Assembly (NCBI GenBank): GCA_965235115.1
Contig: OZ249447.1
Coordinates: 26,660,001 to 26,724,000 of the forward strand
Origin: Laetmonice hystrix
Taxonomy: Eukaryota
Length of the DNA stretch: 64,000 nt
Reading direction: 5' to 3'
Made by a program: the position numbers and the translations under genes. Position 1 is the stretch's first letter. Every line of letters begins with the position of its first letter. Below, in pieces: positions 26,101-38,100 of the stretch. The notes under the pieces are model-generated. The model did no database searches. It was not told where the DNA came from and saw only the letters and a program-made list of their open reading frames with translations.

Positions 26101-29100
26101 GTGTCCTGAGGGGCAGGTCCAGGTTGACCTTGGTAGGGGGTGACATGTCAACCTCAGGTAGTCATGTCTCTTCATGTTATAATATATTGGTGCAGGACTG
26201 CCTCGACTGCCATGGCTATGTGTGCAGGACACACCTGCACACACTGGAGCATATCCTCTTGAGTAGGCCAACAAATAAATTAGAGGGCATGAAGCAAATT
26301 CTTGCTCAAGGCGCTCGCCATGCTCCTAAATTATAGGTCTGCCAACAATACCATCTCACAGGTGCCTCCCAGAAGAGCTAGCCGGGCCTTTCACTGCCGG
26401 CTTAAATCTCCGCCAACCGCCAGGTTTGGGACATTTCATAGAACGGAGACTCAAAAACGTGCTGTATGTGTGAGGCCGACAGCTGTGTAAGATTTTGCTG
26501 TCAAGAATTAATTAGTAAACACCCGACGGGACAGAAGCCATGCAGACGCTTGACCTGCTTCTTTATGGAGTTTGAATTTTTCTTGTTAAATTATGAGAAA
26601 AGTTGATGAGGAATGTCACAATGATTTATTGGGGGAAGGATTTCGATACCGGGGTCCTGTGGTAACATGGCATTAATCTCTCTTGTTGATTAAATTCATT
26701 TCATTATTTTTATATAGAAATAAAACCGATGTTGTACAAAATGTTCAATGATTTGCAAAGGGCATTAAGAAACCACACACAAAAAGAATAGTTTAAGTGG
26801 TCATGGCTGGGTAGGTTTGACAGTTGTCATGGTGATGAATGTGTCATTTATCAAGATGACAGGGAGACTAATGTTGCTAACAAGGATTGGGCTGAATGTT
26901 ATCTGAAAACCCCATCTTGTAACACTCAAGATATCTGGCTTTCAAAGATCTCTTGCCGTGTGATGGACTGGCCATCTCTAGTAGAGAGAGAGTGTATTCC
27001 AAGCGTGCAAAGTGTATTCGTGCAGTCGACTTGAACGATCTCCGTTACAGTAGTGCTAGCCATGGTAAACAATTATACACCTAACTAAAACAACTGTGAC
27101 TTGGTACCCGTTTCACCCAACCAACACCTAGAAATAGTCCTTTGTGTCTAGTTGTGAGGGAGAGTGGATGTTTTCCTATTTTCAAACGGATTTCCTTTTG
27201 ACCTGACAGGCAGGTTCTATGAAAACCACCTTTGTTGTGTGATTGATGCGCGTGTTACAGGTGTTGAAAACCTTGCGGTGTTTTCCTGTGTGGACCAGCT
27301 TGTGTGAGAAACTGACAACTATAGCAGAAGACAGTACCTCCAGAAAGGTTCACTTTTTGGGAGGACTTTGTTAGCTCCCATCACTCTGTCTTGGTTCAGA
27401 CAAATCTTCAATCTAGAACTACAGCTGGTTAAACATAGGTCAGTTACATTCTTGGACAGTTAAGGGTATAAAAAAAGGACCCCCCACCCCCTCCTCAAAA
27501 AAAGAAGAATAAGGTGCCCCAGCCCTTGTTGGGCAACACTGCTAGGACAGCTATATAAAGAGAATGGTATAAGAGGAACTGACAAGTAGTTGAGGTTAGT
27601 CGCTTTCAATTGGCTACTTTTGCGGCTGGCAGCACCAAGCAGAGAAATTACATATAATTCAACAAATTGGGAAATTGATAAAAACATGCAGATAATGATT
27701 TGAAATTGCTTCTTAATGTATACAGGTGTAGTTGGTGTGTGTGGTGAGAAACGGCTGTGAAATTCTGGGTAATTGTTCGAGCATGAAGATTGTTATAACT
27801 TGCTGGCCGGTCTACCCGTAACGAGTGAGTTTTACACCCATGATTGACAACAAGTGTTCTGCCTTTAAATGTAACCTTGTCATTTCTTGTCAGCATCAGG
27901 AAAGTTGACGCTGAAGGATAGCGACGTTCTGAATGATGTACGTATAGCGAAGTCATAATGAAGGGCCTCTAGTTATATTAATTATATTAATTAGGAGTCT
28001 GATTTAGGTGGGCAGAGAGCGGTTGTTGAAGCCTCATGGAAACAAACTGGTGTAGACTATTCCAGGGCGGGGGGGGGGGGGGGGGTAGATTATATGTGGT
28101 CCAGGTGTAGAGAGGGAGGGGGTGGATATAAATGGGACTTGGATTGAACAGCTTTGAGAGGTAGGGTTAGTGTTGGAGGTAGATGAATGTAGACCGTGAT
28201 GAATGTACGGTACTAGCTGCCTGGTCCCATTGCAGGTAGACTGGTAATGACATGCAGGTGTTCGGTCGGTCCTGTGTCGTGGTCCGGCCCTGGCACCCTC
28301 CACTACTCACAGGTGTTCTTATTGTTGTGGTGCTGTGACCAGAGACACACAGCATGTAACTGAGATCCTGGTTATCCCCCTCCCACCCCACACCACACAC
28401 ATGACCTCCACGGTACCTCGCAAACTTCGCTGATCTTTACCCGGTAAATAGGGGCACACAGTGAGCCTGAGCGGATCTAAAACTCACTGGAGTCATCATC
28501 ATGGCAACCTGAGGCACAGATACAGAAGTGTAGTTACCGGCCACCGTACAGGTCACCGACACGGCCACAGATACAGAAGTGTAGTTACCGTCCACCGTAC
28601 AGGTCACCGACACGGCCACAGATACAGAAGTGTAGTTACCGTCCACCGTACAGGTCACCGACACGGCCACAGATACAGAAGTGTAGTTACCGTCCACCGT
28701 ACAGGTCACCGACACGGCCACAGATACAGAAGTGTAGTTACCGTCCACTGTACAGGTCACCGACACGGCCACAGATACAGAAGTGTAGTTACCGTCCACC
28801 GTACAGGTCACCGACACGGCCACAGATACAGAAGTGTAGTTACCGTCCACCGTACAGGTCACCGACACGGCCACAGATACAGAAGTGTAGTTACCGTCCA
28901 CCGTACAGGTCACCGACACGGCCACAGATACAGAAGTGTAGTTACCGTCCACCGTACAGGTCACCGACACGGCCACAGATACAGAACTTCTGTAGTGTAG
29001 TTACCGTCCACCGTACAGGTCACCAGTACCTTCAGTGTTTCTGACACGCCCATACATAAGGCCTGGCTGATTTCTCACCTCACACAGCCGGACATTGAGA

Positions 29101-32100
29101 CACGATACGATTGACAGCGTCAGGTGTTGTAAACACAAAGAGCCCCCCTCCCAAGCGGTAATGATGCCTTTGAGATACGGAGCCTTTCCCCACATGGTTT
29201 AGTACAATTATCCTGTGCTTTAAAGACGTGGTTTTTCTGGTATACTTAGCAAAGATATGTTGAGAAACAATTGTTTAATTAGCAAGTGTGAGGTTCGAAT
29301 ATGAGTGAGGTGACAATAGATGAGAAAGTTTAGCTGTGATCGGGAACTGCCATGCTTTCATCATTAGTCCACGAGCCTGCCGACCACTGAAAGGAATCAT
29401 GTGAAAGTGTGATTTATGACGCGCTCATCTGCTTTCAAGTCTGTGCGTCAGTCCAGGCACAGCTGCCAATCGGTGCCCATCAACACCATGATCAAAGCAA
29501 GGACGGGGCCAGGGGCAGAAAATGACAGCAGAAACGGCTGGTCATTGAGGTTAGTGTTTCTATGAGACTGGGGGGGTCTGTGTGGTCTGGGCTGGTCGTG
29601 GGCCAGCTGGCGGGTCGCTTCAGGCTGTTGTAGGGACAGTCTGTGGCGCTTCCAGCTATAGAAGACGCTCGCTCGGCGCCCACGTGGTCAGGCAGACTAT
29701 TACAGCATGGTGGACACCACTGTACCTCACACTTAAGTCTTTCTCTTTTTGAGTTTCTGGACAATGTTTCCAGGAATGGTGCTTGATAATCGTAAAGTCT
29801 GAGATCAAAAGTAAGGAACTGTACGACCCTGGAAATACGCAGAAATTGTTTCTTAATCGAAAATATTCATATCTTATCTAAAGATTATCTTATCCATTAA
29901 CAACCTGCACCTTGAGATTGAGGCCTGGTTTCAATTTTCAAAACTACGTGACGTGCTGCGTTCATTTCTCGCAGAAAACGTTGATTAAAAACATGATGAA
30001 ATTGGAATTAGAATTTCATGAGCATTTTCCTACGACCGAAAAGTGCGTTATGACTGTATGATGCACGATATTAGTAGTTAGATTTGAGAAGGTTGCACGT
30101 AGGTATCCGCAATGCCGAGTTTGTTAAGTGCACTCATTTAAGGTGAGAACTTGGCCACCTCCTTCCGTGGCCACTGGCGGAGGAATGTAAGCCACTGAGG
30201 CGTGTCGGCGCTCTCAGCATGATGTTATTATCAAGACTCGGTGAGGGGCAGGCGTCGGGGAAATGAGGCATCCACTCGGGAGGGGACCACAGCAACGGCC
30301 AAGGGGCACCTCACCGGTCGGACAGTGTCTTTGGTGGGCAGTGAAGGGAAAGCCCTGTGGAAAGAAGGACCTCCCCCCTATGGCTACCAGGGACGCTGAA
30401 TAGAACCCCAACTGTGAGTCGTCTGGCAGGAGTTTGATGAAGACGCCGTTGATTTATAGGAATGGAGGTATGGGGGCTGATGTGGCGGGGACAATGAGTC
30501 ACAATGGGTGCACTGGTGACATGGCCCCCTGTGATCTGGCGAGGTCATTTGTCTCCTAGACTGGACAGTCTGCAGGTGAGCGCAGGTGGAGGCCATGGCC
30601 TCCTGGGATGCCATCACCTTCATATACCTTGACCAGCGCCACCATCCATTCATAAACTCCCAACCGTCGTCGGCGGAGGTGGGGGATCAAGAGAAAAGTA
30701 CGCCACCTAGCGGTCCACCTTGTCGTTTTGTCGTGTTTAGTCACGATCATCAGCCAGTTGTAACACAGAAATCATGGAAGAAGCCCAAGGCGATATAATA
30801 TGACCGTTTCTATACTTCATCAGTGCACGTTATCGCTCTTTCAAAACTTCAAAAAATCAGTAATTAATTGAATTAAACTGTGAAATAATGTATGATCTGT
30901 ACAAGGCTAACCCCCAACAGCTCAGGGTTTTTATAAAATGTTGTTTATGAAGTTCTCCAGATTATAGGTTGTGGCATCAGTGATGTGTTATATGACGACC
31001 ACATTGCAGACTGTTTGCCCTGTGGTACTCGTATACAGTGTGGTTCAACCATGCGGAAAAAACAAGGTGCTGGGATGTGGGGTCGTGCTGAACAGAGCAG
31101 TGACAGGGGTGGAGGGGTGGGGGTAGTTGCCCCCTCAAACTGTAGGTAGGAAGCACCGACGGTCTGTTGCCTTGTCCGGCCGGCGGGAGCTGGGCAACCA
31201 CCCCCCAGGGCAGGGAGCACGACCCCAAGATGGGGGTGACCCAACGGCCAAGGGTTCATCTTCAGACCCAGACAGAACTGTGTACATAACACCCCTCCAC
31301 TTTCTACACTACAGGCACGTCTGTCTACGTTCTGCACACTGAAAGTGCCACTCTAGCTACAGTTAAAACTGTGCCGTTGAGAAAAATTTAAAGTAGGCAT
31401 TAATTACTCTTTAATGGTTGGTATCATGTTGCGATCATTAGGTGTGTTAACTTGAGTAAGATCCCTGACACAATGTGTATAAACCACATCCTGGGTTGGT
31501 TCCGATTGGTGATGACTGATAGGGTACGTGATGTGACCAACACTGATATAAAACTAGGCCAGATACTAAGTTATGTAGCACTTAAACCCAGATCCACCTG
31601 TCCTTGGTATCAGCTGATGGTATCTTGTCACTTGTCAGACTAAAGGCTGTACATCTTCATTGTCTCCCCATACTCTGTTAGCTTCCCATCCCGATAAACC
31701 GTAAAGGTGTAAGACGTTTGTAGGCTGGTCGAGCCGTACAGGATGTCTAATCTGTAAGCAATCTGTCATTCCACGCTACTAAACAGGAGACCCTGAGATT
31801 TTTCCTTACTACTGGAAAGTGCCCAAAAGTTGTGTGCTCGCCTTCACTTTGGCTCGGTTGCCTGATGCCTCATAGCACAAGCTCCAGCACCTTATGTGAA
31901 TGGGCCAGCCGCACAAGTCAAGCGACAGGTAACGCCAGCACACCTTCAGTCATTGCCGCCTGCACCAGGTGTGCGTGATAATATCTATGGCAGTTCTACC
32001 AGATCCAATTTGGAGTGTGGTCACACTTGTGCACTTCTATGGTGCATTATAGATCTGAGCCGAGATATTGTCACTCCAATGGAGCACTAGGCGAAAACGC

Positions 32101-35100
32101 AGCCGTACTTGCTCTGTGTGGTTTATGGCGAGTAGGGGCGAACTCTCATTCCATCGGTGTACTCTTGTGGGGATGTCGCGATTATCTCTGCAAATCGTTT
32201 CTCTTAAGGAAGTCGAAGGAAAAAACTGCTTTGAAAAAGTGACAAAAATGTTTATTATTAGACAGGGTGTATTTTTTTTCATTTGTTCTGGTGTGCAGGT
32301 GTTTAAGGGGGAAAGGAGGAAACGTAAGTAAAGTAGAGACACGTGTCGGGGAAATCCTGTGGTCAGATTGCTGAATTATCTTATTGTGTAGATCCATGAT
32401 AAGTGAACTTTAAAGTCTCCCCCAATCCACAATTTGGTGATCAGATATGGGCCGGCGGAGCCGGTGCCGTATCACAATATGACAAGTGGATTTAGCGGGT
32501 GTTTCCAAAACAATGGGGAGAGTACTTCCAGCTGTGTTTATGTCTCTAGCCGCTAGTAACACTGGAAAAGAAATTTCTACTGACTTAAAAGTCTTTAGGC
32601 CTTGGCAGTGGAGAAATGTTCACGTTTTATGTGTAGACTCTTTTAGTAATTCAATCGTTCCATCTGGTTTGTATCATGTGAGAATGGTCTGAGGTGAATG
32701 TACGTGAGAGTGGGAATGGACTGGCGGTTGTGATGGTGATCAGATCCTATTAGAGGCAATAATCTTGTAAGAACTGGTTGGGCTGTCTGCATTGTGCTTG
32801 CCATCATTGCTCCACTAGACTGGCCATGCCAGTCAATTTCCTCCGGGTCTGGACACATCTCAGATGCCTTCAGTTGATGCAGAAAGCTGGTAACATCTCA
32901 GCCACGAGTGGACAGATGCATGGCCGAGCAAACATGCATGGACAGCACAAGTAAAACCTGTGCTCGGAAGGTGGCATATTTATTTGCTTGTACATGTGTA
33001 CAGACTTTATATCTTGCACTGGAGATTGGGTCGCTGTGGCGGCCGGCCGAGCGGGGGTTTGTTTTTCTTGCCAGCGCGCCCCGCAGCTGTACTGCTCGTC
33101 AGCACCAACACCTCGGCCAAATTGGCGCACCACGAGGTGTCGACTTTCGCTGCAAGGTGTGGTCACCATGGCAACCCGTGGAAATTAGGAAGAAAAGTTG
33201 TGCCATATGTGTTAGGGTGGTGTGGGGTGCAGGGCTAGGAGACTGACGGGGCCAGTCTGTGCGCTCTATCCCACATGGGACCGACCCCACCATCAACTTC
33301 CCGCAGACAGCCTGCTCTCCCCTTCTTCCTCACTCACTCTCTCTCTCTCTCTCCTCTCTCTGCTCCTCCACTCTCGTTCATCTTCCAGGCCAAAGTAAGA
33401 GCAAGTGACGGGATATTATCTTCTCTCACCGGCCATGTTGAGAGATGATCTTTCAACTCGCTGTAGTTCAGCTCGAAGAGATCCTCAACTGTTGGCAGCT
33501 AGGTGTCAAGAAATCTTTTCATTGACTGAGTCCACCAAAGTGGGATTGCTCTGGACGGAGGGGGACTGTCCTAGCTTCAGACATTGTCTTCCCTCTGCAC
33601 AGCCCTGCGACCTCTAGGGTCGGGGTCTCAGACTGTAGTGAACAAACCCTTGGCACGGATAGCCGGCCCTGGTGTGAAACTGCTGCAGCCATTCCACAGG
33701 CTCCCCTCTTTCCCCCCTACACTCGCAGCTGACCCAGTACGATAATTGAATCGCATGAGGGTCAAGCAGAAGTGACAGGGCACATGGCTGAGTGTGGGGT
33801 GTGAAGAGAGGTAACTTAGCACATATAGTACACTACAAATTGGGCTAGTCTAAAAAAAAACAACCCTCCCGGCCCTCTTGACTTGGGTACATGGGTGGAT
33901 CTGATAAAGCTATGGGTGATAAACCGTCACTCGTGAAGTACCCTGTCTATAGGCACTACTTCCTGATGGTTGGAGGGCTTCAAGAGACTTAGCAAATTAA
34001 TTTTGAGCACCTTTACGGGAGCGTCTGTCAAACGAGTATTGTTTTATGGGCTGTAGGGTTAAGTATAGACTTGAGATGAATGATAGTTTAAGTCATGCCT
34101 GAAGGAGCTAAAAGGTATTTTCACAGGGCCGACCGTTTTGTCTGATTTACACACGTGATTGGCGGGAGAGGATGTTCCCTTAAATCAAGTAATCAAACAA
34201 GAAGTTTTGGTGATGGGAATCGGGGAGTAGAAAGTTGACATTGGTCATGTCATTGGTAACGGTCCACCGTTAGGGAGCTGCTGTAGGCAGTCTTGCCTAT
34301 TGTTACACAGTAAACACAGGAGTCATGTTGTGACACACTTTATTACAAAATGTACACTCGTGACCCAGTGGGTGCGATTTGGAAGGACCTGAAAAACAAA
34401 ATCAGGGCTTATTTTCTCCTTCAGTAATAACCCAAGCCCCCGATTTTTGTGCGGTGTTCAAAATGTGTTGCGAAATTTAATGTGTGGAGTTCAGTTGTAG
34501 AAATGATGCCATTTACCCAAGCTGACACAGTGCCTGTGCTAACGTTTGCTGAGATTATGGGTTTGGGTATGGACCAAACGTTTCTTATTGACTGGTGTAG
34601 AATTAAACTGAACTCCCCTGGGTGGTGATGTAACAATGGTTGCTCATGACAATGGACCTGCAGTGACCAAAGTTCGGTGATGCCTCATCCCGAGAGATGC
34701 TCCTTAAAGTATCCATTTCGCAAGTGAGTGGTCAGATGGAAATGGTCGGGGAAGGCTGAATATTGATCCTTGATTGGAATTAATACTGGGTCAGCCGGCA
34801 ATGACCGTGATCATCGCCACCACCTTTGTAGTCGTGTGGACAGTCGATTGATGTCTTTGAGGTCAGAGAACGAGGCGTGGCAATGACTCAAGGCTGTAGA
34901 TTACTTTCTGTATGGACCAAAGAGCACACAGCGACAAGGCCAATGTAATGACAGGAGCTCAGAAGATTAAAAGCGCCAAGGCCAATCGCAGCCCACTGTC
35001 CCAGTTGAATTCAGATAGGACTGACTGACTGGGTTAGGTTCGCACTTGCTGCTTTGATGACAGCCGTAGTTTTTTTTAAAGGATGTTCATTAGAAAGCAT

Positions 35101-38100
35101 TGGGAATTGGCAGTTATCAGCAAGTGCGACGGAGTGATATGTTATCACAGGCATGAGCTAGATAAGAAACATGTCAGGGAGGTGATATAATGAAGGAGCG
35201 CTGTGTAGTACATGCCATGGGGCGTGTACAATGCCTGCCAGTCGATGCAACTGTATTTGATGGATCGGCCACTGGGGTGGGGATGGAGAGGGGGTAGTAG
35301 CCGATAGAAGAACCCCGGGGAAACGTAGGGGGGCTAGGAGAATAGGGGGAGGGTGGGAAGGGCGAGGGGTATTGTAATGAGTTTGGGAGAGGGTGGGCAA
35401 GCAGAGACAATGGATCATTACTTGCAGCTGGCCTCCCTGAGGATCCAAGTGTAATCACAATGCCATTAGATTTGTTCGGACCATCAAACCAAACTGCCGT
35501 CCATGTAGAGTTTGGGTGGGGGAAGTTTTCCTATTTCAGGAAACTCCGTCATGCCAGACTCTAGGGACTGTACTTTCAATCAGTCCACTTTCCCCCGTAC
35601 CTGCCAGAATGAAGTTGGTTTATGTCAGTCATGGATCCGACAAACTCAACATTATGAAATAGTGTTCCTTCTTACTTAGGCCCAACCGATCGATCAGTCG
35701 AAGAGGACAGTGATGTTATCAAAGGAATTACCTAGTAATTCCGAAGGAGAAAACAAGAACTTCTCTCGAACATTAACTTTGACAAAGTATTTGTCAGTAT
35801 TTTCCAACCACTCGTTCCAAGTAGCGGTCAGAATATCAGATATGAAAGATAATTGTGCCAAACTGTTAATTCGGATCAAGAGACTAACATACGGGGAGCT
35901 GAGTGTGGTATTTCTAAGTCTTCACCACTTGTACTTCTCCTCCTACAAGTAGGCAGATTTCAGCTAGGTTATTCCGTGATAAAATGACGACCCATGCCGG
36001 TGGCAGTTACAGCATGTGTCTATGAGTGATTACTGGAGCGTGTCAGTGTTTCAAGGCACTAATAACGATGTTCGGCAGATGACAAATCGCTACTGAGGTC
36101 GATGTAGGTTGAGCCCTGAAGCGACCTGTTATTCGGTGTCAGAAAAATGGTGGAATGAATTTTGATGATGCAAAGGTCGGCCACTATAGTGGTTGTTTCT
36201 AATGCTAAATATTTAATCGAATTTATAATTATACCTTCCCTGAAATAAGTGGATGAAGAGTATATATAAGGCTATGGTTAGTTACTTATAGTTTATGATA
36301 TACATGTACTTTGATACAGGTTTGTTACGTGGGAATATGTTGGTATAATTATCTGGCAGTGCAATTAGTGTGGGCCGTATAATATTCCAATCCCACAATA
36401 TCTTTGGAAAGGTATAAAAAAGTTGCGGTAATTATACATAAGTTACGCCATGTCCGTCAGGGTTTGGAGATTATAATGATGATTGCAGGTGCCATATTCT
36501 GCCCACCAAAATCATCCTGTCAGATATTATCAACCCAGGTGCTCAGTAATTACTTAGACTCAGATTTTTTTGCATCCTGTTGGGTCAAAGTTATTGTCCT
36601 CAGATGGGAACTTCAGAAGAGATTTTGTTTCACTTTCTAACCAGCAATTCTTCCCAACTGCCTGAGTCTTCTCAGTAGGAGTGGGGAAGGGGGAGTTAAT
36701 TGTTTCATTTGTAAGCTGGCAAAGGTTGTGTTAATTGGTGGAGTGGAGGAGGTGCTGGGGGGGGGGGGCGTTTTGTTGTTGAGTTGGAAAGCTCGGCCTC
36801 TGTGGCCCGCCTCACGATTGCACCCCCCTCGAGATGTGAACTCATCTGCGCCGCTTGACTGCCTCGGCGGCGAGAACCAATATGGCCATGTCGGGCCATA
36901 AATCGCGCCTCTATGCTCGCCACCGGAAGGGGGTAGATGCAGCTACTGTGGAAATAGGGTCACCCCAATGGTTACCCCACCGCCACTACCAGCCCTGGCT
37001 GACAATGAGAAAACAGGGCCAGTCGTGCCACGGAATTCTCGCCGGCCACGGCTAGTAGATAGCAACCTGGGGCCACTAGGGCATGTATAGCCAGGCATCG
37101 AGAGGGTTCCTCCTGGTTGTACGGTGGTCACAATTAATTTAGAAAAAAACGACTGTTGGGACATGATTTAGTGCCGGTTAAGAGGGCCGTGTCAGCCCTG
37201 AGGCCAACGTAGAGCTGATTGAATTAAATTGACAAAAAATACAGAAACTGTAGGTTTGTATAGATTGTGATCATAATCTGCCGCCCCTCTGAAGAAAGAG
37301 AAAGAAGGGCAGAGAGCAGGAGTGGGTCAGAAAGAATTGATGTCTGTTTATAAATTGTATCCATAACTAGGGATGTCCTACACCTGTAGCTCAGAGGGGG
37401 CACGGCCCGGACCGTGTGTGACAAGGATCATCATGATAAGTACAAACAAGAAGAGGAAGTTTCTTTTGTTAGAAGTGGGAGGATTCAATGTATCCTTACT
37501 TGAATCTGTACCGATCTTTTTATTCTACGGTACTCCATTTTTATCACAGCCATGATAAAGGAAGGGGTGGCCTCTTTGACCAGTAATGGTGTTGGCGGTA
37601 ATGTTGCAAAGGGTGCAGCACCATCAAGTTGGGTCACCTGTACTATCCTGTAGTACCTGGGACAGATACCTAGTGGATAGATCAGGTCGGGGTGACTGCG
37701 CGCCGGCCCATACCCCAAGGTTAGGCGGGGAGGGGGGGGGGGGCGGTAGGTGCTGGTCGGTAAATTAATGGCCAGCCATTTCACACGTGGCTGGCAGTCA
37801 GCAGTAGATTTTTGTAGTTGAGGCGGAACAACAATACTCAGCAATGACATGGCAAGATGGATATCTGAGGGCCATCATTTGTAGGCACACATGTCGGCAA
37901 GATACAAGCTTGATAACCCTGGATAAAAGGGAAACGTCTAAATCAGCTAGCCTTTGTTTGGCCTTTATAATGAGTCCCCTGTAGATTTTATGATGATAGG
38001 TAGATGGTAGGTATGATACCCTGTACAGGAAATGCTCATCGTATGTCAATCATAGCTTTCATATTTTGTATATCTTTGTATTTTTCAGAGATCTGAGTAA

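Noticed and set aside
28437-29000. 179-aa repetitive ORFs on both strands
   Set aside because: By-product of a 51-bp (17-codon) unit; no splice or start context and no non-repeat coding flank.
30560-30575. 16-nt micro-exon (ctcctAG...CAG|GTGAGC)
   Set aside because: Frameshifting and unsupported; such pairs are common in an 18.8-kb intron.
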